Positions 46,847 to 57,137 of a DNA stretch of 64,000 bases are shown in pieces (position 1 is the stretch's first letter; each line of letters opens with the position of its first letter). The DNA comes from an uncultured Candidatus Saccharibacteria bacterium (GTDB taxonomy: Bacteria; Patescibacteriota; Minisyncoccia; Phycocordibacterales; JACOZG01). A program made the position numbers and the translations under genes. The stretch covers positions 213,077-277,076 of the forward strand of contig CAZYXJ010000001.1 in NCBI GenBank assembly GCA_964651115.1, given 5' to 3'. The notes under the pieces are model-generated. The model was not told the origin of the DNA. It made no database searches and saw only the letters and a list, made by a program, of their open reading frames with translations.

Positions 46847-48006
46847 TACTCAGCCTTCACGAATTTACCCTCACGAACAGTCTTCATTTCAAAGGCTTCG
46901 ACTGGAGTCTCAACAAAACCCTTGTCATCAAACTCAATGAGAGGAATAGATACACTGCCCTCAAACCTCACCTTCTCTAAACCTGATCGAACATTCTCTC
47001 GATTAATTTCTTGGCCAGACTCAACAAGGCCCTTCATCACCTCCGCCAGAACCAAAACTGCGTTGTAAGAGGTAACAGCCGATGGCGACAATGGCTTTAG
47101 ATTAAATCTAGCTTCGTACGCCTTCTCAAACTGATCATAACCATGAGACTGGCTTGGCGTTGCAAAATATAGACGGTTTTGCATCAGCTCTGGGCATTCG
47201 CTCAAAGCTTTTGGCGTTCCGGCAGACTCGGTGGAGAGAAGAGGTAAAGGCGCTCCAAGTTCCTTAGACTGAGCCAAAAAGACACATTCCAACTCGGCAA
47301 AAGCGCCAAAGAAGGCGTCTGGGGATTTGGCCTTAGCCTTGCTAATCAAAGTTCGATAATCAGTAACGGCATAGTCCGTACCCATTTCTTTAGCCACCAC
47401 AGTAATACCAAATTCTGGCGCATTTTTTTCAACCAAGTTAGCAGTAAAAAGCCAGAAGCTAAAGTTTGCTGGCTGGACAATGGCAATCTTTTTCCAGCCC
47501 TTATTTTGAGCAAACTTGAGTAATTCTCTAATCCCCACTTCGTTCTTGGGCCAAGTAACAAAGAAATAAGGTGAGTTAACTTTAGACTCAATGTAGGTTG
47601 AGACATTGGGGCTCACCACTGGAGTTTTGTCAGCTGAAGAGATGGCAGCCACTACCTCGCCGTTACCGTCCCACTGAGGACCAACAATAGCGACTACATT
47701 ATCAACTGCAATTAACTTCTTGGCCGCTGCCGCTCCGCGTTTAAGATCAAGACCAGGAGCGTCTTCTGAAACCATTTCTATTTTCTTGCCACCCACCCCA
47801 CCTTGAGCATTTACTTCTTCCACCGCTAGCAGAGCCCCGTTCTTTTCCTCTGCACCAATTTCAGCGCCTAAGCCAGATTGCCCAGACATCTGCCCGATCT
47901 TGATAACCTCCGCCGAGACTGAATTAGGATTTTTGCTCTTGCTCGCCCAAACTCCCAGCCCCACCACCACCAGAATTATGACGATCCAAATTATTGTTTT
48001 TTTCAT
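46846..48006 (-). CDS. PBP1/LivK-type substrate-binding protein, membrane-anchored (paralog 2)
   Basis: MKKTIIWIVIILVVVGLGVWASK anchor, Leu/Ile/Val-binding-protein fold signatures. Confidence 0.7.
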   Translation of the reverse strand: MKKTIIWIVIILVVVGLGVWASKSKNPNSVSAEVIKIGQMSGQSGLGAEIGAEEKNGALLAVEEVNAQGGVGGKKIEMVSEDAPGLDLKRGAAAAKKLIAVDNVVAIVGPQWDGNGEVVAAISSADKTPVVSPNVSTYIESKVNSPYFFVTWPKNEVGIRELLKFAQNKGWKKIAIVQPANFSFWLFTANLVEKNAPEFGITVVAKEMGTDYAVTDYRTLISKAKAKSPDAFFGAFAELECVFLAQSKELGAPLPLLSTESAGTPKALSECPELMQNRLYFATPSQSHGYDQFEKAYEARFNLKPLSPSAVTSYNAVLVLAEVMKGLVESGQEINRENVRSGLEKVRFEGSVSIPLIEFDDKGFVETPVEAFEMKTVREGKFVKAE

Positions 48007-48009
48007 AGT

Positions 48010-48732
48010 TTATTTAATTCCCACAACAACAGCTTCCATCATTTTGCGATAAACCGTTTCCACACCCTTAAAACCAATCGAAGTCATAAACGTTTTTGCC
48101 TCCCCTTCAAAAAACACCAGATCTTCTTGTTCGTCACGTTCCATGTGTGCAAGCCACTCTTTTTTGTAATCCGACCGACCAATGGTGTCGTAAATGTCAT
48201 ATTTGGCAATTTGTTCTCTATAAATCTCTTGTCGCTTTTCTGGATCATCATGGGCATACTTATCACCATTAACAAAAATGCCACCCGGCTTTAAGACCCT
48301 GAAGATTTCTGAAATTATCTGTCGACGAAAGTTTTGTTCAAAATTATGGATCACGAAACCAGAAGCTACGGCATCAAATGATGAGTCTGGTATATTCTTC
48401 AAATATTCTCCGACCTCACTTTCAATTACCGTCACCCGATTGGAAGCTTGCCAACGATTAAGATTATCCTGGATTTGATCAATCATTTTTTTCTCATTAT
48501 CAACAGCCACAACGCGTACACGAGAATCTGAGTCAAGTAGAAACTTGGTAGTAATCCCGGTCCCACATCCGACCTCCATAGTTACAATACTCCCCACCTG
48601 AGAATCCTTGAAGTGCTCGCGGATAGCTTGCCCAACCGCCTGCTGAAGTTCATCATAGTGCGGGTAAGCCAACTTCAAAAGCTCATACTCTTCGCCCAGG
48701 ATATTATTAAATCTTTGATCGTTAGAAGTCAT
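48010..48732 (-). CDS. Class I SAM-dependent methyltransferase (Methyltransf_25/12-like)
   Basis: VGCGTGITTKFLL motif I; 240 aa. Confidence 0.65.
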   Translation of the reverse strand: MTSNDQRFNNILGEEYELLKLAYPHYDELQQAVGQAIREHFKDSQVGSIVTMEVGCGTGITTKFLLDSDSRVRVVAVDNEKKMIDQIQDNLNRWQASNRVTVIESEVGEYLKNIPDSSFDAVASGFVIHNFEQNFRRQIISEIFRVLKPGGIFVNGDKYAHDDPEKRQEIYREQIAKYDIYDTIGRSDYKKEWLAHMERDEQEDLVFFEGEAKTFMTSIGFKGVETVYRKMMEAVVVGIK

Positions 48733-48737
48733 TTTAT

Positions 48738-49847
48738 TTATTTCAGAGGAATAATTCTATTTTTCTCAACTTTAAAGAACAGCACTGGTTTATGAGCATT
48801 GCCGTCATCATCAAAAGTCATCGTGCCAGATGCGCCAACAAACTCTTTAATATTACTGAGAGATTTAGCAACTAGCTCTGGATCAGTCGACCCGACATCG
48901 CTGATCGCCTTGATGTATAGGTTAAATGCATCATAAGCCTGATTAGCCGGAAAACCAACCTCTCGCTGATATTTAGATTGGAATTTTTTATTAAACGCAC
49001 TATCAACTGTATCAGTAGAAACAAAGATCGTTCCTTCCAAAGAACCTTGGGCTTGATCGATCGTAGGCTGAAACAACAATACAGAGAAAAATGGGATCGT
49101 CATCCCTAAATCTCGCAGCCGCTGGGCAGAAACGGCCGTTTGTCCATAATTAGTAAAAACAACGGCCTCTGGATTAGACGTTTTTATCTTCGTTGCTTCG
49201 GTTCGCAAATCTTTGTTGTCGACGGTAGGCAGTTGAATTGAGACTACGGCTCCACCAAGCTCTTCAAATTTTTTCTTTACAAAATTAGCCTGGTCCATCT
49301 CCCACTCTTGCTGAGAGCCAAATATAGCAATCTTTCGAAATCCTCTTTGCTTATAGAGATACTCGGCCAAGGTAAAACTATCAAATTTGTTAGGCGGAAA
49401 AACATCAAAAGTTCTTGGACTCATTTCAGCAAATTTTTCTGACCCGACTGACGGAGAAATAATTACTACGTTTGCCTTTTCTGCTACAGGAGCCAACACC
49501 GTCGCTGTGGGAGTGAAATCCGGACCAATTATCAAACGCACATCACGATTTATTAGGTTATAAAGCGCCGATAATCCACCTTTGGGATTATCGCCAAGAT
49601 TATCCTCATAAACCATTTCAACCGGTCGGCCCAATACGCCTCCAGCTTGATTAACTTCTCCAACAGCCAGATCAATACCTCGTTTGGCATTCTCACCGGT
49701 ATCAGCAAAGTTACCGGTTAAATTGAGGATTGCGCCAATCTTAATTGGGCCATCAGTATTATTTGACATCTGCCCATCACGATAAAACCACGCCCCCAAC
49801 CCAACCAGCACTAGAATTATGACAACCCAAATAACGATTTTTTTCAT
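48738..49847 (-). CDS. PBP1/LivK-type substrate-binding protein, membrane-anchored (paralog 3)
   Basis: MKKIVIWVVIILVLVGLGAWF anchor; ...IKIGAILNLTGNFADTGENAKRGIDLAVGEVNQAGGVLGRPVEMVYEDN... is the classic LivJ/K N-lobe. Confidence 0.75.
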   Translation of the reverse strand: MKKIVIWVVIILVLVGLGAWFYRDGQMSNNTDGPIKIGAILNLTGNFADTGENAKRGIDLAVGEVNQAGGVLGRPVEMVYEDNLGDNPKGGLSALYNLINRDVRLIIGPDFTPTATVLAPVAEKANVVIISPSVGSEKFAEMSPRTFDVFPPNKFDSFTLAEYLYKQRGFRKIAIFGSQQEWEMDQANFVKKKFEELGGAVVSIQLPTVDNKDLRTEATKIKTSNPEAVVFTNYGQTAVSAQRLRDLGMTIPFFSVLLFQPTIDQAQGSLEGTIFVSTDTVDSAFNKKFQSKYQREVGFPANQAYDAFNLYIKAISDVGSTDPELVAKSLSNIKEFVGASGTMTFDDDGNAHKPVLFFKVEKNRIIPLK

Positions 49848-49850
49848 ATT

Positions 49851-50930
49851 TTATTCTAGATCTGTTAGCTGACCACCTTTTACCGCCATAATTTTAGTTT
49901 CTGGCTTGCGATTACCGGTGCCGTCAAACTCGATCTTGCCGCCCACACCCGCAAAGTTTGCAGCCTTAAGATTTTTGACCCAAGTGGCCTGATTAGCGTC
50001 ATAGGTTGCGACCAGCAAATTAAACGCATCGTAGCCGATATCAGACAAAAAGCCAGGATCAGCATTAAAGCGAGCTTTGTACTTAGCTTTAAACTCATCG
50101 GCCACGTCCGACTTTACCGTTCCGACAATCGTGCCATCAAGAACCTTCATATCACCCAAGATACGCTGGTAATCAGAGAAGCCAGATTGGAAGTTGGTGT
50201 CAAAAAAGAATTGCGGATTATTTTTCTTAATCTTCAAAAATTCTTGCATAAAGCGAGCGCCCTGCTGCGGCACAATAAAGAGACCGATCGTACTGGAGTT
50301 GCTAGCGGCCACCTTTAAAGCGTGGGGTCGGAGATCCTTTTCGTCAGCCTGGATAACAAAATCAGTAGTTGTACCCTGGAAGCCTTGTTTAAAACTTTCT
50401 ACAAAGCGGACCATGGCATCAATATTGCTGTAGACAATCGCCATCTCTTTAACACCCTTCTCTCTCATATACACTCCGTACTCATACTCAGAAGCGATAC
50501 TGTTGGGCAAAATACCAAGCACGTTATCATCAGCCGGCTCTCGTCCCTGCTCGCCCATTTGGATAACCGGTAGATCGGTTGTCGTTACCGCACCATAAAT
50601 CGCATCGATCGTCGGCGTAGAAACATTGATCAGCGCCTGGATCTGATTGCTCGTAATCAATTTTTGATAAGCACTGAGTCCCTTGCCACCATTAAAGCCA
50701 TCATCCTCCATAAAAACATTTATCTTAGCATCAGGATGCGCTTGATTATATTCCTCACTAGCCAAAACAACGCCGTTGCGGATGTTCTCGCCGACGGCCG
50801 CGTAATCTCCGCTAAGAATGGCGATGAGTCCTAGATTAAAACTTTTAGCTTGCTGATTGTTGCCAGACCAAACAACCGCCCCGATCACAATAATGGCAAT
50901 GATAACTACCCAAATAATTATTTTTTTCAT
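49851..50930 (-). CDS. PBP1/LivK-type substrate-binding protein, membrane-anchored (paralog 4)
   Basis: MKKIIIWVVIIAIIVIGAVVW anchor; PBP1 fold. Confidence 0.7.
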   Translation of the reverse strand: MKKIIIWVVIIAIIVIGAVVWSGNNQQAKSFNLGLIAILSGDYAAVGENIRNGVVLASEEYNQAHPDAKINVFMEDDGFNGGKGLSAYQKLITSNQIQALINVSTPTIDAIYGAVTTTDLPVIQMGEQGREPADDNVLGILPNSIASEYEYGVYMREKGVKEMAIVYSNIDAMVRFVESFKQGFQGTTTDFVIQADEKDLRPHALKVAASNSSTIGLFIVPQQGARFMQEFLKIKKNNPQFFFDTNFQSGFSDYQRILGDMKVLDGTIVGTVKSDVADEFKAKYKARFNADPGFLSDIGYDAFNLLVATYDANQATWVKNLKAANFAGVGGKIEFDGTGNRKPETKIMAVKGGQLTDLE

Positions 50931-50935
50931 ATTGG

Positions 50936-52057
50936 TTACTTTAAAGTTACAAAATCTTGACCATTAAATGTTTGTAAAATGGGCAATTTATTAACTGGAT
51001 AATTTAGCTCGGGATAGTCTATCCTACCCGATGCCCCAACAAAATCAATTTGCCGGAGCCCAGTGAGAATAGATTCGGAATCAGTTTTACCGACCTCCTC
51101 GATAGCATATTTGACTGCATACACGGCATCATAGGCCGAATCAGCCTCTGCCAATGGGGATTTGTCAAATTTCTGTTGATATTTTTCTACAAAATCTGTC
51201 TTGGGCAAAGCCGGACGAAAAATAGAAATATCTTTTAACGAACCTGCAGAAATTTTTTTGTCGTAATAAGCGTTAGCAAAATTGGCATGCGCCAACACTG
51301 GCGCAGCAATACCAAGCTCCGTTCGTCTCTTAGAAAATGTTACAACATCATTATAGTTTAGAGCACCAAGAACAACATCGGCACCAGACGCCTTAATGAG
51401 AGACAACTCTCGCTGCATGTCATTATTATCAAATTTTGGCAGCACGACCTCCTTTACCAATACTCCGCCGGAATTTTCCAGCGCCTTCTTAAACATCTCG
51501 CCGTGAGCTTTTCCCCAATAATTGTTGGCATAAATAATAACTGCCTTGGGTTGTCGAAATTTTGATAAATATTTTTCGACAACTCCCCGATTACTAGAAA
51601 TTGCCATGTAAGTCGTAAAGTGATACGAGCTGGTTGACTCGATCATATCTTGGGACGCAGACGGCGTAATCAAAATCCGTTTTTGTGAATCAATCACGGG
51701 CATAACTGCGCCGGCCAAAAAGTCCCAGGTAGCGCCGATAATTACTGGGGCGTTATCGACAGAGATTAATTTGTTAACCACCGAAACAGCCTGTTTAGCT
51801 TCGGTGCCGTCATCCTCATAGATCACTTCGAGCGGTCGCCCCAAAACTCCTCCATCATTATTTATTTCTTCCACGGCAAGCGAGATCGCATTTTTCTGAT
51901 GCTCGCCGTAAATAGCTGCGATGCCCGTCATCGGTAAATCGGCTCCAATCTTAATCGGCTCACTGCTGGTTGGAGCGCTATCTCTTCGGCCAATTAGAAC
52001 TAAAATGAGGACTAAAACTACTACAATTACCACCCAAATTATGGCTTTTTTAGACAT
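50936..52057 (-). CDS. PBP1/LivK-type substrate-binding protein, membrane-anchored (paralog 5)
   Basis: MSKKAIIWVVIVVVLVLILVLIG anchor; PBP1 fold. Confidence 0.7.
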   Translation of the reverse strand: MSKKAIIWVVIVVVLVLILVLIGRRDSAPTSSEPIKIGADLPMTGIAAIYGEHQKNAISLAVEEINNDGGVLGRPLEVIYEDDGTEAKQAVSVVNKLISVDNAPVIIGATWDFLAGAVMPVIDSQKRILITPSASQDMIESTSSYHFTTYMAISSNRGVVEKYLSKFRQPKAVIIYANNYWGKAHGEMFKKALENSGGVLVKEVVLPKFDNNDMQRELSLIKASGADVVLGALNYNDVVTFSKRRTELGIAAPVLAHANFANAYYDKKISAGSLKDISIFRPALPKTDFVEKYQQKFDKSPLAEADSAYDAVYAVKYAIEEVGKTDSESILTGLRQIDFVGASGRIDYPELNYPVNKLPILQTFNGQDFVTLK

Positions 52058-52123
52058 GACTCTAGTCTAGCAAGCTCGGGTGAACTGTAAAGCAAAAGTT
52101 GACTATACTGGTTTTATTGCCCG

Positions 52124-53239
52124 TTATGGCAAACGGTCAATCGTCTGCAACTTACCCTCAACCACTTTTTTGATTACCAGAGGCGGGATCCGGATACCAT
52201 TCTCATCAAACTGGACCTTGCCGCTCGCGCCCATCGTATTGGTCTTTTTAAGATTGGCAACCCACTTTGAGCTATCACTATCATAGGCATTGAGATAGGT
52301 CATAAAGGTGTCGTAGCCGTAATCAGCCAAAAAACCAGGCTCTTCGTTAGGATACATTTTCTTGAAGGCGTTGTAGAACTCCTTGTACTCTTGCGAATTT
52401 AAGTCACCCTCCATCCCCAAAGCAATGGCCCCATTAATTTTAGTTAGATTTTCTCCGAGTTGATCCTGATAATAGGAAGTCCCTGTCGTAAGTTGGATAT
52501 CGTAAACAAGCTGTGTTCCAGAGTTAAGAAGCGGCAACAATTCTTTTGTCAGAATCGCCCCGTTCTCCGGCGTCATAATAAAGACAACCGTTGTTGGTTT
52601 GGCTGCGGCGATCTTAGCGGCATCACTTCTTAGCGAATTTTTGTCTGACGAGGCAACAAAGGTAGTAACTGGCTTGCCGTACTCTTTTACAAAAGCTTTA
52701 GCAAAAGAGTCCTGAGCGGCATCAATAGAATGAACAACAACTACTTTAGATTCGTTAAAGCCCGCGCCCTTAATGTAGGTGCTAAAACGATCCCAGACAT
52801 TATCATTCCCTTGGGTCATCTGGAAAACGTAGTCATCGGCAACATTGTTGGCCTGGAAGGCAACCATCATGACGGGAAATCCCGCGGCCTTACCCGGCTC
52901 GTAAATAGAGTCCATCGTTGTGGTAAAGAAGTTGATTAACCCCCCAACATTGTCCTGGGTGGTAAGTTTGCGATAAGCGCTTAAGCCTTTGGCGCCATCA
53001 CCGCCATCGTCCTCCACAACAATCTCAATATTATTTCCCGTGTCTTCTTGATAAACCTGCTGCGCCACTTTTAGACCCTTTAAAGTATTTTCTCCCACTG
53101 CGCCAAAATCACCAGTTAGCGACATGACGGCACCAATCTTCAGCCCAGAGGTCTCGGGGTTCTTCGAACCTACAGTAATGATCGCCCCGACAATAATTGT
53201 CATGACAACAATCGCCAAAATTATTTTTGATTTTTTCAT
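52124..53239 (-). CDS. PBP1/LivK-type substrate-binding protein, membrane-anchored (paralog 6)
   Basis: MKKSKIILAIVVMTIIVGAIITVG anchor; PBP1 fold. Confidence 0.7.
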   Translation of the reverse strand: MKKSKIILAIVVMTIIVGAIITVGSKNPETSGLKIGAVMSLTGDFGAVGENTLKGLKVAQQVYQEDTGNNIEIVVEDDGGDGAKGLSAYRKLTTQDNVGGLINFFTTTMDSIYEPGKAAGFPVMMVAFQANNVADDYVFQMTQGNDNVWDRFSTYIKGAGFNESKVVVVHSIDAAQDSFAKAFVKEYGKPVTTFVASSDKNSLRSDAAKIAAAKPTTVVFIMTPENGAILTKELLPLLNSGTQLVYDIQLTTGTSYYQDQLGENLTKINGAIALGMEGDLNSQEYKEFYNAFKKMYPNEEPGFLADYGYDTFMTYLNAYDSDSSKWVANLKKTNTMGASGKVQFDENGIRIPPLVIKKVVEGKLQTIDRLP

Positions 53240-53378
53240 AATAGCATTATACAGATGAGCTATTTTATTGTATATAGATGAGGCTCGGTTGGACCGTTTC
53301 TCAAAAATATGCTTATTTATAGCGCTGGAACGGTTTTTATAATTTGACTAAAAATTAGTCACAAGCTATACTCAGCTG

Positions 53379-54203
53379 ATGGGTAACAGCAACGCCATCT
53401 ATAACCTAATGGGCCTCACCGAGACCGAAAAGCGGATTCTGCGGGCACTCCAGTCAGCAAAAAACGTGCAAAACATTGCCCGCCAGACGGGTATCTCTCG
53501 AACGGGAATAAATTATTGTCTCAGTTCCCTACTTAAACGTAGTCTCGTGCGCATTATCCGTCAGGGCCGCAAAAGATTATTCATTGGCCTGACTAAGCTA
53601 GAACTTGTTAATTTGCTGCAAGAGGCCATCGACGGATCAAAAATCGAAGGGGCGGAAAAGAGGGGCGCGAGAGTCCGGTCCACCAAAGAGGACGAATTTG
53701 TTATCCATGTGGGAGCCAAAGAGATTATCCCCGCCTACACCCGCATCGCCTCCGCGAACAAAGATGAGCGCATTAAAGCCATCCAACACCATCGCTCTTA
53801 CAATGAACTATTAGAAAAAATCACCGCTACCCAGTTGGTTGCCTTCAATAAAACCATCATTAAAAATCGCCTCATTATCGAGGGGATGCTGAACGAAGGA
53901 GCTTATCAAGCCTACAAAGAAGAAGTTGGAACAAACCCGAACAAGTATAAGGACTCTATCGAAAGCCTAGAAGGACGGATGGCGGATTACACCTGCTTTC
54001 CCGACAATAAGTTTAACCATGATGCCGAGCTGTGGCTATTTAAAAATACTTCGCTTTTGATTAATTGGCACGATGAGGTGGCGATAGAAATTACTAACAA
54101 AAGTATGACCGCCTTTCTGAAAGATATGTTTGACTTCGTTAAAAAAGACGGCCACAAGATCGACCATAACCGAGCCGTGAGAAATGTTTTAACAAAAAAT
54201 TGA
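53379..54203 (+). CDS. Winged-helix transcriptional regulator, TrmB-like
   Basis: The N-terminal ~70 aa form a wHTH (LTETEKRILRALQSAKNVQNIARQTGISRTGINYCLSSLLKRSLV). The C-terminal tail (...MFDFV...) is similar to that of the second regulator at 60422. Divergent from the SBP operon. Confidence 0.55.
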   Translation: MGNSNAIYNLMGLTETEKRILRALQSAKNVQNIARQTGISRTGINYCLSSLLKRSLVRIIRQGRKRLFIGLTKLELVNLLQEAIDGSKIEGAEKRGARVRSTKEDEFVIHVGAKEIIPAYTRIASANKDERIKAIQHHRSYNELLEKITATQLVAFNKTIIKNRLIIEGMLNEGAYQAYKEEVGTNPNKYKDSIESLEGRMADYTCFPDNKFNHDAELWLFKNTSLLINWHDEVAIEITNKSMTAFLKDMFDFVKKDGHKIDHNRAVRNVLTKN

Positions 54204-54212
54204 TCTGGGGAT

Positions 54213-55091
54213 TTAAATCTTATACTCCCCGATCAGGCCTTGAGGGCGGTAGAGCATAAGGACGATTAGCAAGAGGCCATAGACGGCTTGGCGCATTTGC
54301 GCCGCAATATCGGTGGGAAAGCCCACAAAACGCAAGGCCTCAGGCAACAGGATCAAACAAACCGCCCCCAAAACTGAGCCGCGGAGATTGGCCAGTCCGC
54401 CGAGAATAATAATCGCCAGCAAAAAGATCGACTCATTAAGCGAGAAAGTGGAAGGATCAATAAAGGTGATATAAGAAGCAAAAAGTGAGCCTGCTAGTGC
54501 CGCCAATCCAGCACTAATTACAAAGATCAGAAGTTTGTAATTAAAGGTGTGATAACCAAACACCCGGATCGCCTCCTCGTCCTCACGAATCGCCTTTAAA
54601 ACTCGGCCAAACGAGGATTTAACAATCAAACGTGATACAAGGTAAACCAAAGCAAGCGCTACGGCGGTTAAAACCAGAAACTCAAGGTTTGAGTTAAGGT
54701 CCAATTTCCAATTACCAATTCCTAAGGAGGGGCGAGTAATCCCGGGGACACCCAAGGGGCCGCGAGTTACTGATTGCCAGTTGAGAAAGATACTATAAAT
54801 GATGATGTTGAAGCCAAAGGAGCCGAGAGCGTAAAAGTCTTCGCGGAAGCGCGAGAGCACCACGCCCACTACCACCGAGACCAACATCGCGATAATCATC
54901 CCGATCAAAGTTGCCAAGAAAAAGTTCAACCCCATTCCTGTTAGCAGCAGCGCTGTGGCGTAAGCGCCAATGCCATAAAAGGCGGCTTGAGTGATGGAAA
55001 GGAGACCAGTGTAGCCAACGATCAGATTTAAGCTGATCCCCAAGATCCCGTAGATACCGATCAGAATGGCTAAGTGGATTAAATATTCCAT
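54213..55091 (-). CDS. livM: Branched-chain amino acid ABC transporter permease (LivM-like)
   Basis: 292 aa, ~8 TM helices, BPD_transp_2 family pattern. Confidence 0.75.
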   Translation of the reverse strand: MEYLIHLAILIGIYGILGISLNLIVGYTGLLSITQAAFYGIGAYATALLLTGMGLNFFLATLIGMIIAMLVSVVVGVVLSRFREDFYALGSFGFNIIIYSIFLNWQSVTRGPLGVPGITRPSLGIGNWKLDLNSNLEFLVLTAVALALVYLVSRLIVKSSFGRVLKAIREDEEAIRVFGYHTFNYKLLIFVISAGLAALAGSLFASYITFIDPSTFSLNESIFLLAIIILGGLANLRGSVLGAVCLILLPEALRFVGFPTDIAAQMRQAVYGLLLIVLMLYRPQGLIGEYKI

Positions 55092-55093
55092 GG

Positions 55094-55972
55094 CTACTTT
55101 TTAAATAGACCCTGCGGGCGAAATAAAAGAAACAGAAGCAGGAGCACGAAGGCGATCGCATCCTTCCACTCCCCGGCCAACTTCCAAATCCCAAAATTTT
55201 CTACAAAGCCCAAAATAAAAGCCCCGATGATCCCACCCCAAATATTACCGGCGCCACCAATAATCGCCGCGATCACTCCTTTTAGGAGGAGTGATAACCC
55301 CATCGTTGGCTCGATACCGGTATCAAAGCCGATCATGATCCCCGCCAACCCAGCAATGGCCGAGCCGAGAAAGAAAACGGTGGCAATCACATTGCTGGTA
55401 TTGATCCCCACGATTTTAGAAACCTCTTCATCATCGCCCACGGCCCGGATGGCTTTACCGATCGCCGTGTATTTAAGAAAGAGTCCCAGCAGCACGCCGA
55501 TCACCAGGACCAGGGCCACAATAATAAGCTGGACCTGAGTGATTACGCCGCCGGCAATCTCGTAGACCTGACCGCTGCCGGCGGCGCGACTTAGGGTCTG
55601 GAACTGACTAGTAAAGAGCATGGCGATAATCGCCTGGAGCATGGTAAAGGCACCCAGGGAGGCAACTAGCAAAACCATGTTGGAAGCTTTGCGCTTCCGA
55701 AGCGGTCGATAAACTAGATAGTTAATCAAAAGCCCGATCAAACCAGCCACCAAGACGCCCAAAACCACCGCCCACCATAAGTCGCCACCAAGTTTTTTAT
55801 AAAAAAAGAAAACGGTATAACCACCCACTGCCGTGAGAGCACCATAACCAAGATCAAAAAACTTGACCGTACCAAAGATTAAATTAAAACCGAGCGCCAA
55901 GAGAGCATAGATGGCGCCAGCAATAATGCTATTAGCAACAAGTTGTGGCAAGATATCCATATATATTTTCAA
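55094..55972 (-). CDS. livH: Branched-chain amino acid ABC transporter permease (LivH-like)
   Basis: 292 aa, multi-TM, BPD_transp_2 family pattern. Confidence 0.75.
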   Translation of the reverse strand: MKIYMDILPQLVANSIIAGAIYALLALGFNLIFGTVKFFDLGYGALTAVGGYTVFFFYKKLGGDLWWAVVLGVLVAGLIGLLINYLVYRPLRKRKASNMVLLVASLGAFTMLQAIIAMLFTSQFQTLSRAAGSGQVYEIAGGVITQVQLIIVALVLVIGVLLGLFLKYTAIGKAIRAVGDDEEVSKIVGINTSNVIATVFFLGSAIAGLAGIMIGFDTGIEPTMGLSLLLKGVIAAIIGGAGNIWGGIIGAFILGFVENFGIWKLAGEWKDAIAFVLLLLFLLFRPQGLFKK

Positions 55973-56028
55973 CCAAACTATAACAGCAACCTGAGCTGAC
56001 TACAAATCAGGTCCGGAATAAAACAAGC

Positions 56029-57135
56029 CTACTCTGCCATTCTCACAAACTTACCATCCTGGATAGATTTAAAGTAAAACTCTCTTTGAATGGTGTTCTG
56101 GTCAAAAGACATGACCCCACTTACTCCTTGGTAATTATTTAGTTGTAAAATGTAATCTCTGACACAAGACGAATTATTTTTGCCACAACTCTCAAGGGCA
56201 TCAATCAATATTTTGTATATATCGTAAGCATTGTAAGCCGCCACTTGAGGCCGTCCGCTGGTTACCTTTTGAAATTCGCTGATAAACTTTTGCTGAGCAC
56301 TAGTAAGAGAGCTCTCGTTAATTGGGAAAGTGTAAACCAATCCCTCCAAGCTACTACCTCCAGCCGCCACCAAATCAGACGCCTCTGTCGCGTATTGACC
56401 AAACAGAGGTACATCTATTCCTAATTCTCTGGCCTGTTTAGCAATTTGCCCGACTCCAGCCCCATTGTAGACAATATATAGAGCATCCGGGGCGGCCTTT
56501 TTGAGTTTAAGCAGGCTGGTTCGAAAATCCTGCGACCCAACAAGGAAAGGCTCGGCCCCAACCAAAACTCCACCACGTTTTTCTGTTTCCTCTTTGAACG
56601 ATCGGTAATGAAGGAGACCAAAATCATTGTTCATATAGATAATGGCCGGTTTTTGTTTTTTAAGTTTGGTGACAATTAATTCCGCCAACACTCGTGCCTC
56701 ACTGTCTGCTTCATGGGAGCCCTTGATCACATATCCCTCGATCTTATTGGCCGCACCCCAGGGTGTGAAGGCGACGATTTGGTTTTGGCTGGCTAGAGGT
56801 TTTACCGCTTCTATTCCGGAACTATTTAGCGGACCCACAATGGCGTCGACACCATCTACCGTCACTAATTTATTGAAGGCTGATACCGCTTTTTCTGAAG
56901 TAAATCCATCATCTTCGTAGACAAGTTCAACCTTTTCGCCATAATCTTTATTGGCGATCTCCAAGGCTGCCCTGATATCCTCTCCTACCTTAGCCTGAGC
57001 CCCCGTTAAAGGAATAACCACACCAATCTTAATCGGCTCGCCCCTCACCGGGCTCGCCTCGTCTCTCCTGCTCGCCCACACTCCTAACCCCATCACTACC
57101 AGAATTATGACGATCCAAATTATTACCTTTTTCAT
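56029..57135 (-). CDS. PBP1/LivK-type substrate-binding protein, membrane-anchored (paralog 7)
   Basis: MKKVIIWIVIILVVMGLGVWASRRDE anchor; PBP1 fold. Confidence 0.7.
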   Translation of the reverse strand: MKKVIIWIVIILVVMGLGVWASRRDEASPVRGEPIKIGVVIPLTGAQAKVGEDIRAALEIANKDYGEKVELVYEDDGFTSEKAVSAFNKLVTVDGVDAIVGPLNSSGIEAVKPLASQNQIVAFTPWGAANKIEGYVIKGSHEADSEARVLAELIVTKLKKQKPAIIYMNNDFGLLHYRSFKEETEKRGGVLVGAEPFLVGSQDFRTSLLKLKKAAPDALYIVYNGAGVGQIAKQARELGIDVPLFGQYATEASDLVAAGGSSLEGLVYTFPINESSLTSAQQKFISEFQKVTSGRPQVAAYNAYDIYKILIDALESCGKNNSSCVRDYILQLNNYQGVSGVMSFDQNTIQREFYFKSIQDGKFVRMAE

Positions 57136-57137
57136 AT

